Assembly (NCBI RefSeq): GCF_902459465.1
Contig: NC_047081.1
Location: 5,456,001 to 5,520,000, forward strand
DNA length: 64,000 nt
Source of the DNA: Asterias rubens
Taxonomy: Eukaryota
Reading direction: 5' to 3'
Shown here: piece by piece, positions 12,262-24,085 of the stretch
Layout: the number at the start of each line of letters is the position of its first letter
Numbering within the stretch: the stretch's first letter is position 1
Program-made: the position numbers and the translations under genes
The notes under the pieces: generated by a model
Database searches by the model: none
Seen by the model: only the letters and a program-made list of their open reading frames with translations
What the model was told of the DNA's origin: nothing

Positions 12262-13815
12262 TTAATCCAGTAATGGACAGGTACCCAGACTCTTCTCCAT
12301 GAAGGACGGCATGGTACAAGTAGTGGTCTGATTTTGGACTTGACACGTCTCTAAGTAGGTCATGAAATGTCCGGGATAAACTGTTGAAGGAGTTGGTGTA
12401 AGCAAGGGACCCTTGTTCTCGCGGATTGTCTTAACAGCTTGGACAGCTCGGACGGGATGAGTTGAGCAGTGGAGGCAAGTGTCCTTGTCACACTTCACGA
12501 TACATAGTTCTCTCGGTCTCTTGTGTAAATGTTGGATGGCAAAAAGCAATTCTTGATGAAGTTCATCATCTTCCGTAATCTTTGCTTTAGACCCAGATGA
12601 GATGATTTTATGCACAGTTTCATAATCGTCATATGGTGCTGATTGCCTTCGGCAAGGTTGGTGACTTGAAGAGATCTCATGTCCATCGAACTTCCGGCCA
12701 TTCCAAAAAGCATTGATCTCTTCCATAGCGTTGTCAAAAACCATGGCTTCCTTTTCTGCTCTTTGGTCCGAGTTGAGTCCCGACTGGACAGAGGGCGGCT
12801 GCGTCTCCCCGTCTAATGTGCTTCGAAGTCTTACTGATGTGAGCATTTTGCTCAGAGGAGCCCATCCATGCTCTATGGGGTTCGATGCTGAATTTTTGGG
12901 TGCATATTTGGTTAAGCACAGAAAATCCAGGTCAACTAGGCGAAGGAGGCGAGACAAAAAGACTGCAACTGTCCACGACGATTCGTTCCAGTCGGGTCCC
13001 CAATCAACAACGAGCACTGCCCCTGTCTTTCCTTCGCTGGCAGAATTCTCCAAAATAGGAAGAAGATCGTTTATGTGTTCTTGAATCGTCATCTTGTGAA
13101 ACTTTTGAGATCTGTTCACAATATGCATACGGCCAGTTCTCGGTGTGTATAGATGGCTGCGCCCAAGTTCATCTTGTACCTCTGTCGGTGCATCGCTCTT
13201 CTGCTGAAGCTCCATGTACCCACATGGAGTGATCAGGTATCCAGATCCTTGAGGAAAGTCATGATCTGGGTAGTTTGGGGAGTCGTTGATCATGTGGACT
13301 TTCTTTACTTGATGGTACCGACTAACTGCCATACCGCCAACGTGTACTTTGTTCATGCAGTCACATGATAGAGCTACGACTTCGTTGGAAAACTGAGCTG
13401 CAAACTCCAGGCGGTACTTTACCCTACAGCTACAGTAGTGGGAGTCCATGTGGAAAGCACGCTCGTCATTCTTCTTAAGGGCCACTTTAGCCTCGATCAA
13501 CCCTTTGTAAAGTTTTCCCGACTTTCGATGTTTACTAGGTGGTGCCATCAACCGAGAGCAAGTGGTCGTACTGATGGACATACCGGTTATCTCCGTCTCA
13601 AGGTGTCTCTTTAGGGAGGGGATCGACGTTCTGCATGCACGACCCACACTTGATCGGCGCCGTGAGTCTGCAGCGTAGCTTTGTTGAGTCACGAACGCAG
13701 TTGCCGTTTCCACAACCTGAGGGAACTTCTCGTGAAGTGGTTTACGACCAGCTCCTTTCCGTGGGCAGTTGTTCTTCTTCCTGAAATCTTTTCCTTTCCG
13801 GAATGGAGATGGCAC
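12262..13815 (-). CDS. Zator-type DDE transposase, main exon (open frame)
   Basis: Uninterrupted ORF with SCDCMNKVHVG..AVSRYHQ, PDHDFP, VVDWGPDWN and YAPKNSASNPIEHGWAPLS, giving a D/D/E triad in Zator-like context. Acceptor ttttcag|GTG at 13815, phase 0. Confidence 0.8.
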   Translation of the reverse strand: MPSPFRKGKDFRKKNNCPRKGAGRKPLHEKFPQVVETATAFVTQQSYAADSRRRSSVGRACRTSIPSLKRHLETEITGMSISTTTCSRLMAPPSKHRKSGKLYKGLIEAKVALKKNDERAFHMDSHYCSCRVKYRLEFAAQFSNEVVALSCDCMNKVHVGGMAVSRYHQVKKVHMINDSPNYPDHDFPQGSGYLITPCGYMELQQKSDAPTEVQDELGRSHLYTPRTGRMHIVNRSQKFHKMTIQEHINDLLPILENSASEGKTGAVLVVDWGPDWNESSWTVAVFLSRLLRLVDLDFLCLTKYAPKNSASNPIEHGWAPLSKMLTSVRLRSTLDGETQPPSVQSGLNSDQRAEKEAMVFDNAMEEINAFWNGRKFDGHEISSSHQPCRRQSAPYDDYETVHKIISSGSKAKITEDDELHQELLFAIQHLHKRPRELCIVKCDKDTCLHCSTHPVRAVQAVKTIRENKGPLLTPTPSTVYPGHFMTYLETCQVQNQTTTCTMPSFMEKSLGTCPLLD

Positions 13816-13994
13816 CTGAAAACAAATATGTGTGGTGATCATTAATTAAACTGTTGTTTCAAAATAAAAAGGGAATACTTAAAATAAAATAAAAGATAAT
13901 TTAACAATTTTGAGGATTCAAGGTTCTCCTTAGGCTTAACGTTTATGCGGGCGCTAATCAATCCTGCATGATCGTCATATTTCACGCACGATCG

Positions 13995-14150
13995 CCAAAT
14001 TGCACAAATCATAACTGCACCATTGGCATATTGCGCACATTATTACTGCACTATCGGCATATTGCGCACACTATTCCTGCACTACAGGCATACTACGCAC
14101 ACTATCACTAAACTATCGGCAAATTGCGCAATTTATTACTGCACTATCGA
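13995..14150. repeat. About 31-bp tandem repeat, about 5 units, in the predicted transposase intron
   Basis: actgcactatcggcatattgcgcacactatt repeated with divergence. Confidence 0.8.
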
Positions 14151-14428
14151 CTCAATTGAGTCTTGGATACAAGGTTCCGTTCATCGGCTAAAAATGTAGT
14201 CAGGATGCCCTGCGACACAGAGCAAAATTCGCTTGCAGGTGCAGGTACCAGTGAACTATAATTCCAACATACAATTTCAATGGACACCAGCGATTATTTT
14301 TGCGTTTGATTGTGGATTGTGTGGATACCAAAATGCGGGTTTTTGTAACTATTATTGCGTAAATGGGCATATACATGTACACACACACACACACACACAT
14401 ATAGTCTGAGCTTTTTTCCATAGCTTAC

Positions 14429-14551
14429 CTTTCCGGGTTTGAAGACGTAGTGATTCTCATCATCGCTTTCGCCAAACAGCCACGAGTCGTTTGAGCTATC
14501 AAGGGATGGATCAAGCAATAAATCTAAAAAGTCGTTGTCCATTTCGTTCAT
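14429..14551 (-). CDS. Predicted first coding exon of the Zator transposase (acidic N-terminus)
   Basis: ATG at 14551; 123 nt MNEMDNDFLDLLLDPSLDSSNDSWLFGESDDENHYVFKPGK; donor AAG|gtaagc in phase 0, matching the phase-0 acceptor at 13815. Spliced product 558 aa. Confidence 0.55.
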
Positions 14552-15038
14552 TCTGATCAATATCTGCCAATGTTATAAAGGTGAACTATATACTTCAGAA
14601 TAAATCGAAACTATACTTTAAGAGATGATGTGTACGTCTGTTCGCTTTATCAATTTAATGATTTTGATTCTTGCAGAGGTGTTTCTTACTTGATATGGTC
14701 TAGAGAATTACTAAGCAACACAAGATTCTACAGCTAATCACTGATCTTTCTTTCCCATCTGGAGAGTGCATCTTTCTTTATTGAAAGCGGTCCTTTTGAC
14801 AAACCGTGTGGTCAAGCGCAACGCATCTTAATCTATAAAAAGTAGCTTTCTTGATCGGTGGCTGTTTGAGCCAATGATCACACTTGACACTATTGTCAAT
14901 TTCATCGCATACTCTCCTGATGACACCATCGACTAGGCATTTTCACTTTATACAAAAGTTCCTTCTACTCAAGACGCATTTTTGTTGTTGAATTTATCCT
15001 CCAAATTCTTTAGCACATCCAAAGATCAATCATTCATC

Positions 15039-16120
15039 ATGGACACAGGTTAGTACGATTTATAAGTTTTAAAGTGTGTATATAATTTTTGGTGGAATTT
15101 CTATTTCTATATAACCCAAATAATGTACATTAAAACATAACCAACTTGGAGGCTAAAACATAAATGACGCGACTTCCACAAATTGTGGTGTCTATACTAA
15201 ATTTGAAAAATAGTCCATACAGTTTATAAATAATTATTTTGTTTTTACCCATACACCGATGAGTGTTTATCACTGTATATACCCAGTAAAACCCAGAATG
15301 AACCCGATGCAAATTTTCCATCATATTTTAGTATTTTAATATTTATGTATGTTTTCTGCTTTTCTTATTACAGCAAAAAGACCAAGATTGGTCGACGAGT
15401 CATCCGACAGCGAAGACGATGCCCCACTCGCCTTAATTGCCAATGACCGATCCCTTACTGGAAAACAGCAACATGGGCGGGATACCCAAACCATCATTCA
15501 ACTGCTGATGGAGATTCGCGCAGAGCAGGAGAGACAAGCGGCGATCTTAGACGAACAGGCCCGTCTGCAAGAAAGACAGAGCAACGAAATCCAAAATTCA
15601 AAATGTATCAGCAACCGTCTCCAACATGTACGGCCTGCTCAGAGGACGCATTGATAAGAGAAGTCGTCTCACCAGCAACGAACCCCAACCAGACAACGAA
15701 CCCCAACCAGACAACGAGAAGACTACATCAGGGTTGACGAAGGCCGTAGCAGACCTGGCGGACGGGTTTGTGTCCATCCCCATCCGGCATGAGGAGTACC
15801 GGCCAGGGGTGGTGTACGAGCCGGTCGGGATTCCTGCTGATGACTATACATCGATCCTTAATCGGTCAGCCACGGCACCTACCTTCGTGCGGGGATTAAT
15901 GCCATATTTTTTCGAGAAAGACGTTTTGAGAAGATCAAACTATGAAGGTACCACTGTACTTAGGCAGGACCAAGAGCCATTGAAGAAGGACAAACTTGAC
16001 CGGCGGCTTGTTATGTCCCTTTTGGACCAAGCGGAGCTAGAATATTCTGGTCATGTTTTTGATCGGAAGTCGTTCTCCAAAATACGGGCCTCAATTAATG
16101 ATAAATGTCGCCACACCTGA
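15039..16120 (+). pseudogene. Spliced coiled-coil + BEN-domain gene, frameshifted by a 7-nt duplication
   Basis: Exon 1 ATGGACACAG|gttagt (15039-15048) and acceptor ttacag|CA (15374) are both phase 1, giving MDTAKRPRLVDESSDSEDD. Removing tcaaaat (15598-15604) fuses both track ORFs into 249 aa. C-terminus FVRGLMPYFFEKDVLRRSNYEG...KLDRRLVMSLL...KIRASINDKCR matches the BEN pattern F.R.L....F....L..S...G....LD....I....IN.KCR. Confidence 0.78.
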
Positions 16121-16382
16121 ACAGTATTCTTAAACATCTCTCCAGGCCAACTTTGTAAATATTTTGATAATGTTTGATTTTTTTTAATTCGTAGACTGGT
16201 ATCTAAATCATATCGATTGAGTTGTAGACAAAAATGGAAAAGAGTAATGATGCAATAAACATCTTATCGTGGCAATTAAACAAAATGTATAGAAAGGCAG
16301 TGTTTGTTTTTTGTCTATATATTTATTTAATTAATACTTATTTTAATTTAAGTTCGGATAATAATGCTGGTTAAATTTCCCT

Positions 16383-16650
16383 AGAATTTTCTCAGTCCCG
16401 CCCATAATATTACGCCCTCCCGGGTTTTCTCAGTCCCGTCTCTTGTCCCGAATGTTTTCAAGGCCCGGTTTATTTCTAAGTCCAGTATTATTTCCCCGTA
16501 TGCATACTTATTTCTCAGTCTCGTAATACTTTGCATGTCCCGTTTCCTGTCCAATAATATTTCCAAGCCCGGATATTTCTTCTTCCTAAATATTTTTCCG
16601 CGCCCGGTTAATTTTCAGTCCCATATTAAATTCCCCGCCCTCTAATATTT
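16383..16650. repeat. Degenerate GTCCCG / TAATATTT repeats at the right subterminal end of the Zator element
   Basis: ctcagtcccg, tgtcccg, gcccgg and taatattt recur, in the same orientation as the left 49-bp array. Confidence 0.6.
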
Positions 16651-17697
16651 ATCAGTCATGCATCTTTGTTTGTTTAGGTTTGTTTAAAGGGGGAGGTTTT
16701 AAGATAGATTTGTTAATGTTTTATTTAAGAGACATTACATTTCCCCGAAGGATACCAACGCTAAACAAACAATAAAACTTAGCAAAACAAACAAATAAAT
16801 ATAAAAAATAATATAACTTGTCAATCCCATGTCGAGAAAGATTTTACTTTAAAAACATGTATCACTTTCTGCCTCTCCAGTTTATGACGTTTATGGCTGT
16901 AAGCCAATAATCCCTCAATCCCCCTTAATCTCATAACAATAGCGCTCGAAGGTGGACTGGTTTAAGGATTCTCTCCCCCTCAAGTCCTTTCATCAAGACG
17001 TCTATTGTGACGGCGCAGCCATTTTTAATGAGCCTCACTCTCCTCCTGTTTGACCTCTTGAATACGGAGTATTCATGAACCACAAGATTTCCATTCATAA
17101 AACCTTGTGATGGCAATACCTTGTTGTACCTTTTGTACACCGTGGTACAACAAGGTATTACCGCATGTTAGAATACGAGGTCCTCCCTTATGTAAGGGCA
17201 CAATTTCCACGCTTCTAAAGTGTAAATTCTTTGATTACGGTGAATCAGAGTCATTAAATTGGGCCATACAGTTTCACAAGATAGTTTGTACACAACAAGA
17301 AATTTCACATGTTTGAAGTGTACATGTAGGCCTACAGCAATCCTACTTATTACACATGCGCTTACGTTCACCATTCTCCGCTTAGGGGGCCTACTGTGCA
17401 TGCGCGGAATTTAATGTGCAAGCGCGGAATTTTTAGAAGCACACAAACAAAATGAATCCCTGCTAAGATTTGTACGCTTTACGGAACCTCACAATTCAAA
17501 CGCTGGATCTTTGCTTCCAGAGCAGAGCAATTTGACATTGGGTCTATTTGCACAGGATTTGTTCATGTGAAGCTGATGACTAGGGTATTTTCCTACTTGA
17601 CTATTCGCACCTCAAACCCAACTATGGCACTTGTCACGATTAATTTTTGATTCTAAAGAATTGTGGCTATTTCTGCCGCAAGCACATAATTAATTAA

Positions 17698-17863
17698 GGG
17701 AATAAAAGGGTAGCGATGAGTTCTTCAACGTACGTTTAAAGCCGGCAGGGTCGGCAGCCGTGTGATAAAGGCCCGAGCCGAAGGCGATCGAGGGCCTTTA
17801 TCGCACGGCAACTGCAAGTTTTTAAACATACGTTTAAGAACGAGTCACTACTCTTTTATTCCC
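17698..17863. mobile_element. Long-palindrome non-autonomous element (possibly Crypton-type)
   Basis: Outer arms gggaataaaag...cgtttaaa (about 36 of 43), inner arms gccgtgtgataaaggccc / gggcctttatcgcacggc, loop gagccgaaggcgatcga. Confidence 0.55.
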
Positions 17864-18802
17864 ATTCATAAATGCCCTTATGATAAAAAACGTAAAAAAA
17901 ACCTTGTGCTTAGATTAGGTGCTGGTGATAGCTATGATTTGCGCTTTCCGCGTGATAATCTTGCGCGCCCGATCGAGGAAGCAAGCTCAGTGTGCATAAA
18001 CAGAGCTTCAGTGTACATTAACAAAAGGTTTATGCACACCCACGTGATGCACTCTCCACCAATAGGAGTAGAGAAACTGTCTGGGGTATTTATATGTTGT
18101 TGTGAATAGTAGTAAATAAGGGACACAACTGGTTCACCAAACAGGTAGAGCACGGTTCATACTTCCCGCTAATGCGAATCAAGTTTTCAAGTCAAGGTGC
18201 TGTTTTTGCAGCGAAAGTTTCGCAAGAGTTGAGCACAAGTCAACCGTTTACATTTTCCAGTCATGATTGGTCAAAACCCGATCATTATTATTGGATGATA
18301 AGGACCAGCTTTGGAAAACAGTAAATAAATCGCCCCTAAACCAGCATACAGTGTGTACAAATAGTTTGCGCTTTGCACTGTATCGCATGCTTATTCATCA
18401 TAGTTTCATAGCAACTTCGCACACATGCGTGTACACGCTGAAAATGTATCAATTTTGATGTAACAGGTGCGCGCGTATAAACTCATTTGTCTATATGGTC
18501 TTGTTTACAGCGAAATGCTACATGGACGCTGAGCTCATACGCGTGATTTAATGCACAAACAGTTATCGTTGAATCATTTACCTCCTTTGACCCCAGTGAA
18601 GGCGCTTAACAGACCATTCTTTTAAAGAGTCAGTGGTCTCAAAGTATCAGTATTGTGATTAATGCACAAAAGAGAAGGGAATCTTCGAAAGCTAAAATGT
18701 GGCCCCTGATTATGTCTGGAAGTATCACTGAGAGAAAATCACAAAATTTGAAAAATTGTATCTGTTCGTTTCGTTAAAAAGGTATTTATTAATCATGTTA
18801 AT

Positions 18803-18945
18803 AGGAATAACAGTGTTCGGACCTGGTCTTCACTATGTTGGTGACTGGCGCTGTTAATAACGGGCCTTGCCTCGGTCGGTTAACAGCGCCAGCCACCAAC
18901 CCGGTCATTACCACGCAATGAAGACCGAGTCGCACTGTTATTCCT
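18803..18945. mobile_element. Long-palindrome non-autonomous element (possibly Crypton-type)
   Basis: aggaataacagtg...cactgttattcct outer arms; tggcgctgttaa / ttaacagcgcca inner arms; loop reads cgaccgaggcaaggcccg on the minus strand. Confidence 0.55.
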
Positions 18946-21034
18946 CAAGTATGAACCGAGCTGCGAATTAGGCTAAGTAAACCCAACGTATAGGCCTATA
19001 GGGCCCCGGGCCAGTTTATCCGCAAAATTTCGCACTGACGCTCACCTTTCTCCGCTTACTGTGCTAGTGTCAAATATCTGGCGAACTTGCGAATAAGCGA
19101 GGATATAAACACGCTCAAGCATACATTCCCTGCTAGCTGTAAAATACACTTAACGTAAGCGCATAATTGCCTGCTTCCGTAAGCGCCGATTCTTCCCTTA
19201 TGGTAAGCAGAGCCATGTATCAATATAGAATCACTTCACTTTTTCTGAATACTTTTGCTGATTCGTAAACCATTTTGCTTATTCGTTACAGTTTTACTCA
19301 TTACACAGATGCTTGTTGATGTAGAATTGTAAAGGTAATTACAATCAACAATACATCCATGTCATTCAATGTTTCACCACAACACATATGAACGATAGTA
19401 CCATTTAAATTTTTCATTAATAAAAAGATGTGAATGAATCAATTTGTGTACTAAGAATCACTTCGCTGATTTGGAATCAGTTCGCTTAGTCTGAATTATG
19501 TCGCTTATTTGGAAATCATTCGCTTATTCTGAATCATTTTTTGTCATTTTGCAACCATTTCGCAACCATTTCGCCTTAGTAACGATTTCGCTCATCTTTC
19601 ATTCGTAACTATTACGCTTGTTGATAAAGATTGTGAAAATTGTTAACTAATAATAATAAATAATAAAACAGTATCGCAATATGAATTGGCATTCCTCAAA
19701 ATGAAAAGCATTACAAGAAAACAAAAACTTAAAGGCCTATATTCCCCAATAAATTCCAAAACAAATAATTATAAAATTAGGCCATACCAGCTGTATACCT
19801 TAAATGAAACCAATAAAAATACTTACTACTTAAACAACTATAAAGCCTAACCTAAAGGATCTGAAAAATTACTCTTTATACTAAAAAGTTAAAATTACAT
19901 CTTTATGATTCACCACAAGATTGATGCATTGATAGTAGGCCTACCATCGATGGTCATTTATAAAATGTGTATGCCGTGTAAACTTCCAAATCTCAGGCAG
20001 GTGTATTCGTCCATGCACGGTCCACTTTTACTCGTAGTCGTACGTGTACATGATGCCTTTGATCGAAGCCAAATAAGTAAAGAAACAAGTTTTTATGTTT
20101 CACATAGGTTTGTCCTCAGTGGTAAGGTTTAGAAAGAAAAGACTGGCACTTTGTGTTGTTTGACAACATACATTGAGCGAAAAACTGCAAAATAGCGCTA
20201 TTTATTAGCGAAAAGGTGGTTGCTCCATGTTTCTACCTCGTACGTAATACATCGAAGAACCATATGTACATGTACGTAGAACCGTAGAACTTCCTCCTTA
20301 GTAGTGCGTGCAAAATCAGGATCGTTTTATTTTCCAGGAAAGAAGCTTCTAATGAGCCAAAAATTTGAAAAATAAGAGCATGTTGTACCGATTGTCTTAA
20401 TGTAGGTACATATTTCTTATTGTAAAAAAAGAAGTAAAATGTATGCGTTATTATATTGATTTCGTCGAGATTTCCGGAGGATTCGAACTCTGATCACTTG
20501 GGTAATAGCACCCGCGTTTAACTGCGGCCCCATCGGATCATCAACACAGAGGCAGTGATTTTATTCTTTATATAATAATTATATAAATTTATGAAAAATA
20601 ATTTCAAGATAACGTGACACAAAAAATTACTTCATTTTGCACATCTTCAATACCAAGAGAATCAAAATATGAAAAAAAAATGAAAATCGGATGTTTATTT
20701 TGGGAGATATGCTGTTAACAAGATTGCCTAATTAAATATTCATATCATTAATAACTCGGCTAATTGATTAAGAGATTAAAAAACGTACGTAAAAAACTAA
20801 GTTACGTACTAAGCTTCGATTTAACAAAGAACTCAAGTCTGTCATTTCTACCGTTTCTAAGATTACGTCGCCACAAAATTACGTGCGTTAAACCTATGGC
20901 GTTAAACCTACGTGCGTTAAACCTATGGCGTTAAACCTATAACACAAACAAAAACGTTTCTAAAACGTTTAAAAAATCTCGACGAAAACAATACCTGTTC
21001 CGACGGTAGGTCGGAACAGCTAATAATAATAAAA

Positions 21035-21800
21035 ACTAGACATTAGGTGTTTGTGCACAAACACAAAGCTGTTCCGTGTTCTTTTGCTTGGATTATGTGC
21101 TAAAACGACCAAGGAGTCTGTAACTGAAAAAAGTTTGAAAATCGGTTGTGTAGTTCTTGATATATGGTCCCACTTCTGGTTGACCTGGAAGAAGAGGTCA
21201 ACTTAGGGTCACGGTTATTCAAAGTTTATTTTTAATGCCTAAAGAGTCTAAAACTGAAAAATATTGAAAATCGGTTGTGTAGTTCTTGATATATGGTCCC
21301 ACTTCCGGTTGACCCCGGAAGTAAAGGTCAACATGGGGTCACGGCTAGCCAATGCGATTGTCCAATGTCAAAGTAGTTAATTAAACTGAAACAAATTGAA
21401 AATCGGTTGTCTAGTTCTTGAAATAAGGTCCCACTTCCGGTTGACCCGAAAGAAAAGGTCAACATGGGGTCACGGTTTTCAAAATTAATTTTTAATGCCT
21501 AAATAACTGAAAAAAGTTTGAAAATTTGTTGTGTAGTTCTTGAGAAATGGTCCTACTTCCACTTGACCTGGAAGAAGAGGTCAAAATGAGGTCACGGTTT
21601 TTCCAAACAAATTGTAAGACCTAAGGAGTCTATTACTGAAATTTTCTTTAATCGGTTGTGTAACTCATGAGATATGGTCCCACTTCCGGTTGACCCGGAA
21701 GTAGAGGTCAACTTGAGGTCACAGTTTTTCAAAATTAATGTCCATGCCCCAAGGAGTCTTTAACTACAGACAGTGTAAAAATTGGTCCTGTACTTCTTTA
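21035..21800 (+). repeat. Helentron/HINE-like element with tandem array (array B)
   Basis: Same head and monomer as array A. Directly follows a hairpin end ctgttccgac-ggtag-gtcggaacag (20995-21019) across an aataataataaaa spacer. Confidence 0.6.
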
Positions 21801-22443
21801 GATATGGTGCTGCAAGGATTTTCACTGTCACTCGTCAATAGAGGGCGGTATATAAGATGAGTGGTCCCTAGTTGAATAATGTAAAAACTTGTATTGACTC
21901 AGGTTTGTTTGATTGATTTGGTTGGTTTCTTGAGTTCATGCCAGTATTTTAAGAGTCCATTGTCATGTGACAAACGACTTAAGGATAAAATCCTTGTTTT
22001 TGGTTGGTGGTTTGATGTTTGATCTAGTACGAGTGGATTTTACTGAACTCTTAACCACCAAACTCTGCACTTACGATCACCATTTTCTGCTTAATGTGCA
22101 AGCGCAAAATAAAATGTGCGAGCTTGGAAGCACACAAACAAAAGAAATCCCTGCTAAGCAGTGTATTTCGTTTGATGTAAGCGCAGAATTCACTGCTTCT
22201 GCTAAGCATTGAATCTTGGCTTCCAGAGCAGAGCATGACATTTGGGCCCATTCGCAAAAGATTTTTCATAAGGTTTATCGCGATTCAGAACCCCAATGCT
22301 ATGTGGAAAGGAATATGGGGCTGTGTTTATGCAGTTTCTACGACTCGCGCATGCAACGCCTATACCTTTGTGGGGGTTCAACAGCGCTTCTCTTGATATT
22401 TTGCAATTCGCGATAAACCTTATTAAGCAAGTTTCCATCATGA

Positions 22444-22749
22444 TAGGCCTGGGTGACTAGTGAAATTTACTACTCGACAATAGTCGCACCTTAAACCCAA
22501 CTACGACACTTGTCGAGATAAATTACGGATTCTCAAGACTTGTGCCGCAATGTGTTGCAAGCGCAACATTTTATATGTCACGAATAGTAAGAAGCAACTC
22601 ACTTGTTTCACCAGACAGGTAGTCGGGACAATTTTTGTAGTCTGAATTTGAGCACGATTATAACGGAGTAGAGAAAAATAGTAGTCGTGACTCAAATAAT
22701 AATTTGTAGTCGCAACTTTAACACTTAACACACTAGTCGCCCCAGCCTA
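22444..22749. mobile_element. Second copy of the TAGGCCTGGG-type MITE
   Basis: taggcctgggtgactagt ... actagtcgccccagccta; colinear with 7486-8382 minus its duplication and insert. Confidence 0.7.
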
Positions 22750-24085
22750 CTTTTGCACAAGTAAACCACGGGTATTATCCTGCGAATGCAAATTTTTAAG
22801 TCACTGTTGTCTTCGCAGTGAAAGTTTTGCAGGAGTTGAGCACAATTAGTCAACTGTAGCAAATTTTTGGTTGCGAATTGTGAGGCTCAAGAACACATTC
22901 CCTGCTAAGCTGTTAAATACGCTTAGCGTAAGCACAATTCCATGATTACGTAAGCGCTGCGATTCTTTCCTTTAAAAGCCATTGGCCCAGAACCAAACTA
23001 TATATAGCTTTTTAAACTCAAAAAGCAGCTAAACACAGCAAATACATGTTGTGAATCAAGGTAATATTCTGCTCATCTGCAGCAAAATGTTTTGCCCATT
23101 CATTATCAGCTCTATAACATTGAGCCACTCAACCCCCTTAGAAACGTCAGCAAAACAAAATCTCTGCTTTTGTATTCCTGTCAAAGAGTTTTTGTTTGTC
23201 ATGGTCTAATTTCAGAAAGTAAAGCAAAATACTGGAATAAGTTTAGGCAAATGGTCCCCGGCGCGAACAAGGTGACTCACCCGTAAAACATTCCAAATCC
23301 CATGCGGTCTATTTTCGTCGTCCACGATCGTCGCCTGAAACGAACCCAGTCCACGTCGTTGGGTACCGGTCAACTCGGTCCCAAACCAACTCGGCCCCAG
23401 TCAAGAGCTTGATACGTTGACAGTTTTTTCACTCATTTCTCAAAAACTACAACACCACAGCAGGTAATATTTTAAGGGAAGCTTTCAACTATCATTATCT
23501 TCAAACTGTTTAACTTTAGTGTACATCTTTGGACACGATGGTGTGTCGTCGTCGTCGAAAAACCCTATTTAATTACGCACGTTCATTTGAACGAAAACCC
23601 TAAACCTTCGTACTTTGTACAAGCACAAAGTAATGTGTCCGGAAGCCGGTATCCAGTTATATTCAAATGAGTAGACTCCTCTCAAGAAGTCACAACTCAT
23701 GATAGGTACATACTGCATAGCATTTACCATAGATGATGTTTAACAATAACATAGAAGTGACTGAATCCAGTTATATTCAAATGAAGATTACGTGGTTAAT
23801 TAATTAAGATTTTTAACATTTGTTACATTTTGAGTAAAGCTTCAATTTGGTATAATAAACTCACTCTTTCGTATTATGGTTTAGGAGATTAGGCTTTAAC
23901 AAAATGCCCTGGTTAAACCTATGGGCTTTTGACGGATACAAAGAATAATAATAATGTTAAAAATAAAAACAAATCAAAATCTTAACAAAAACAATAGCTG
24001 TTCCGACCACTACGTCGGAACAGCTAATAATAAAAATCTCGACGAAAACGATACCTGTTCCGACGGTAGGTCGGAACAGCTAATA

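Larger units (their letters stand above)
11051..17187. mobile_element. Full-length Zator-type DNA transposon (6137 bp) carrying a transposase and a BEN-domain gene
   Basis: 54-bp TIRs at 11051-11104 and 17134-17187 (3 mismatches), GGG...CCC termini, 3-bp TSD TTA at 11048-11050 and 17188-17190. TWA TSD and GG/CC termini are established Zator features. Confidence 0.85.

Noticed and set aside
14181-14255. Extra middle exon of the transposase
   Set aside because: The candidate acceptor read in phase 0 hits a TGA after 24 codons; direct splicing 14429 to 13815 is already in frame.
11051-17187. PIF/Harbinger assignment (TWA TSD, GGG ends, two genes)
   Set aside because: Transposase motifs (D..NK..VG, DHDF, D.GPD, NPIE..W.PLS) are Zator-like rather than Harbinger-like, and the partner is BEN rather than Myb/SANT. 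An HMM search should confirm.
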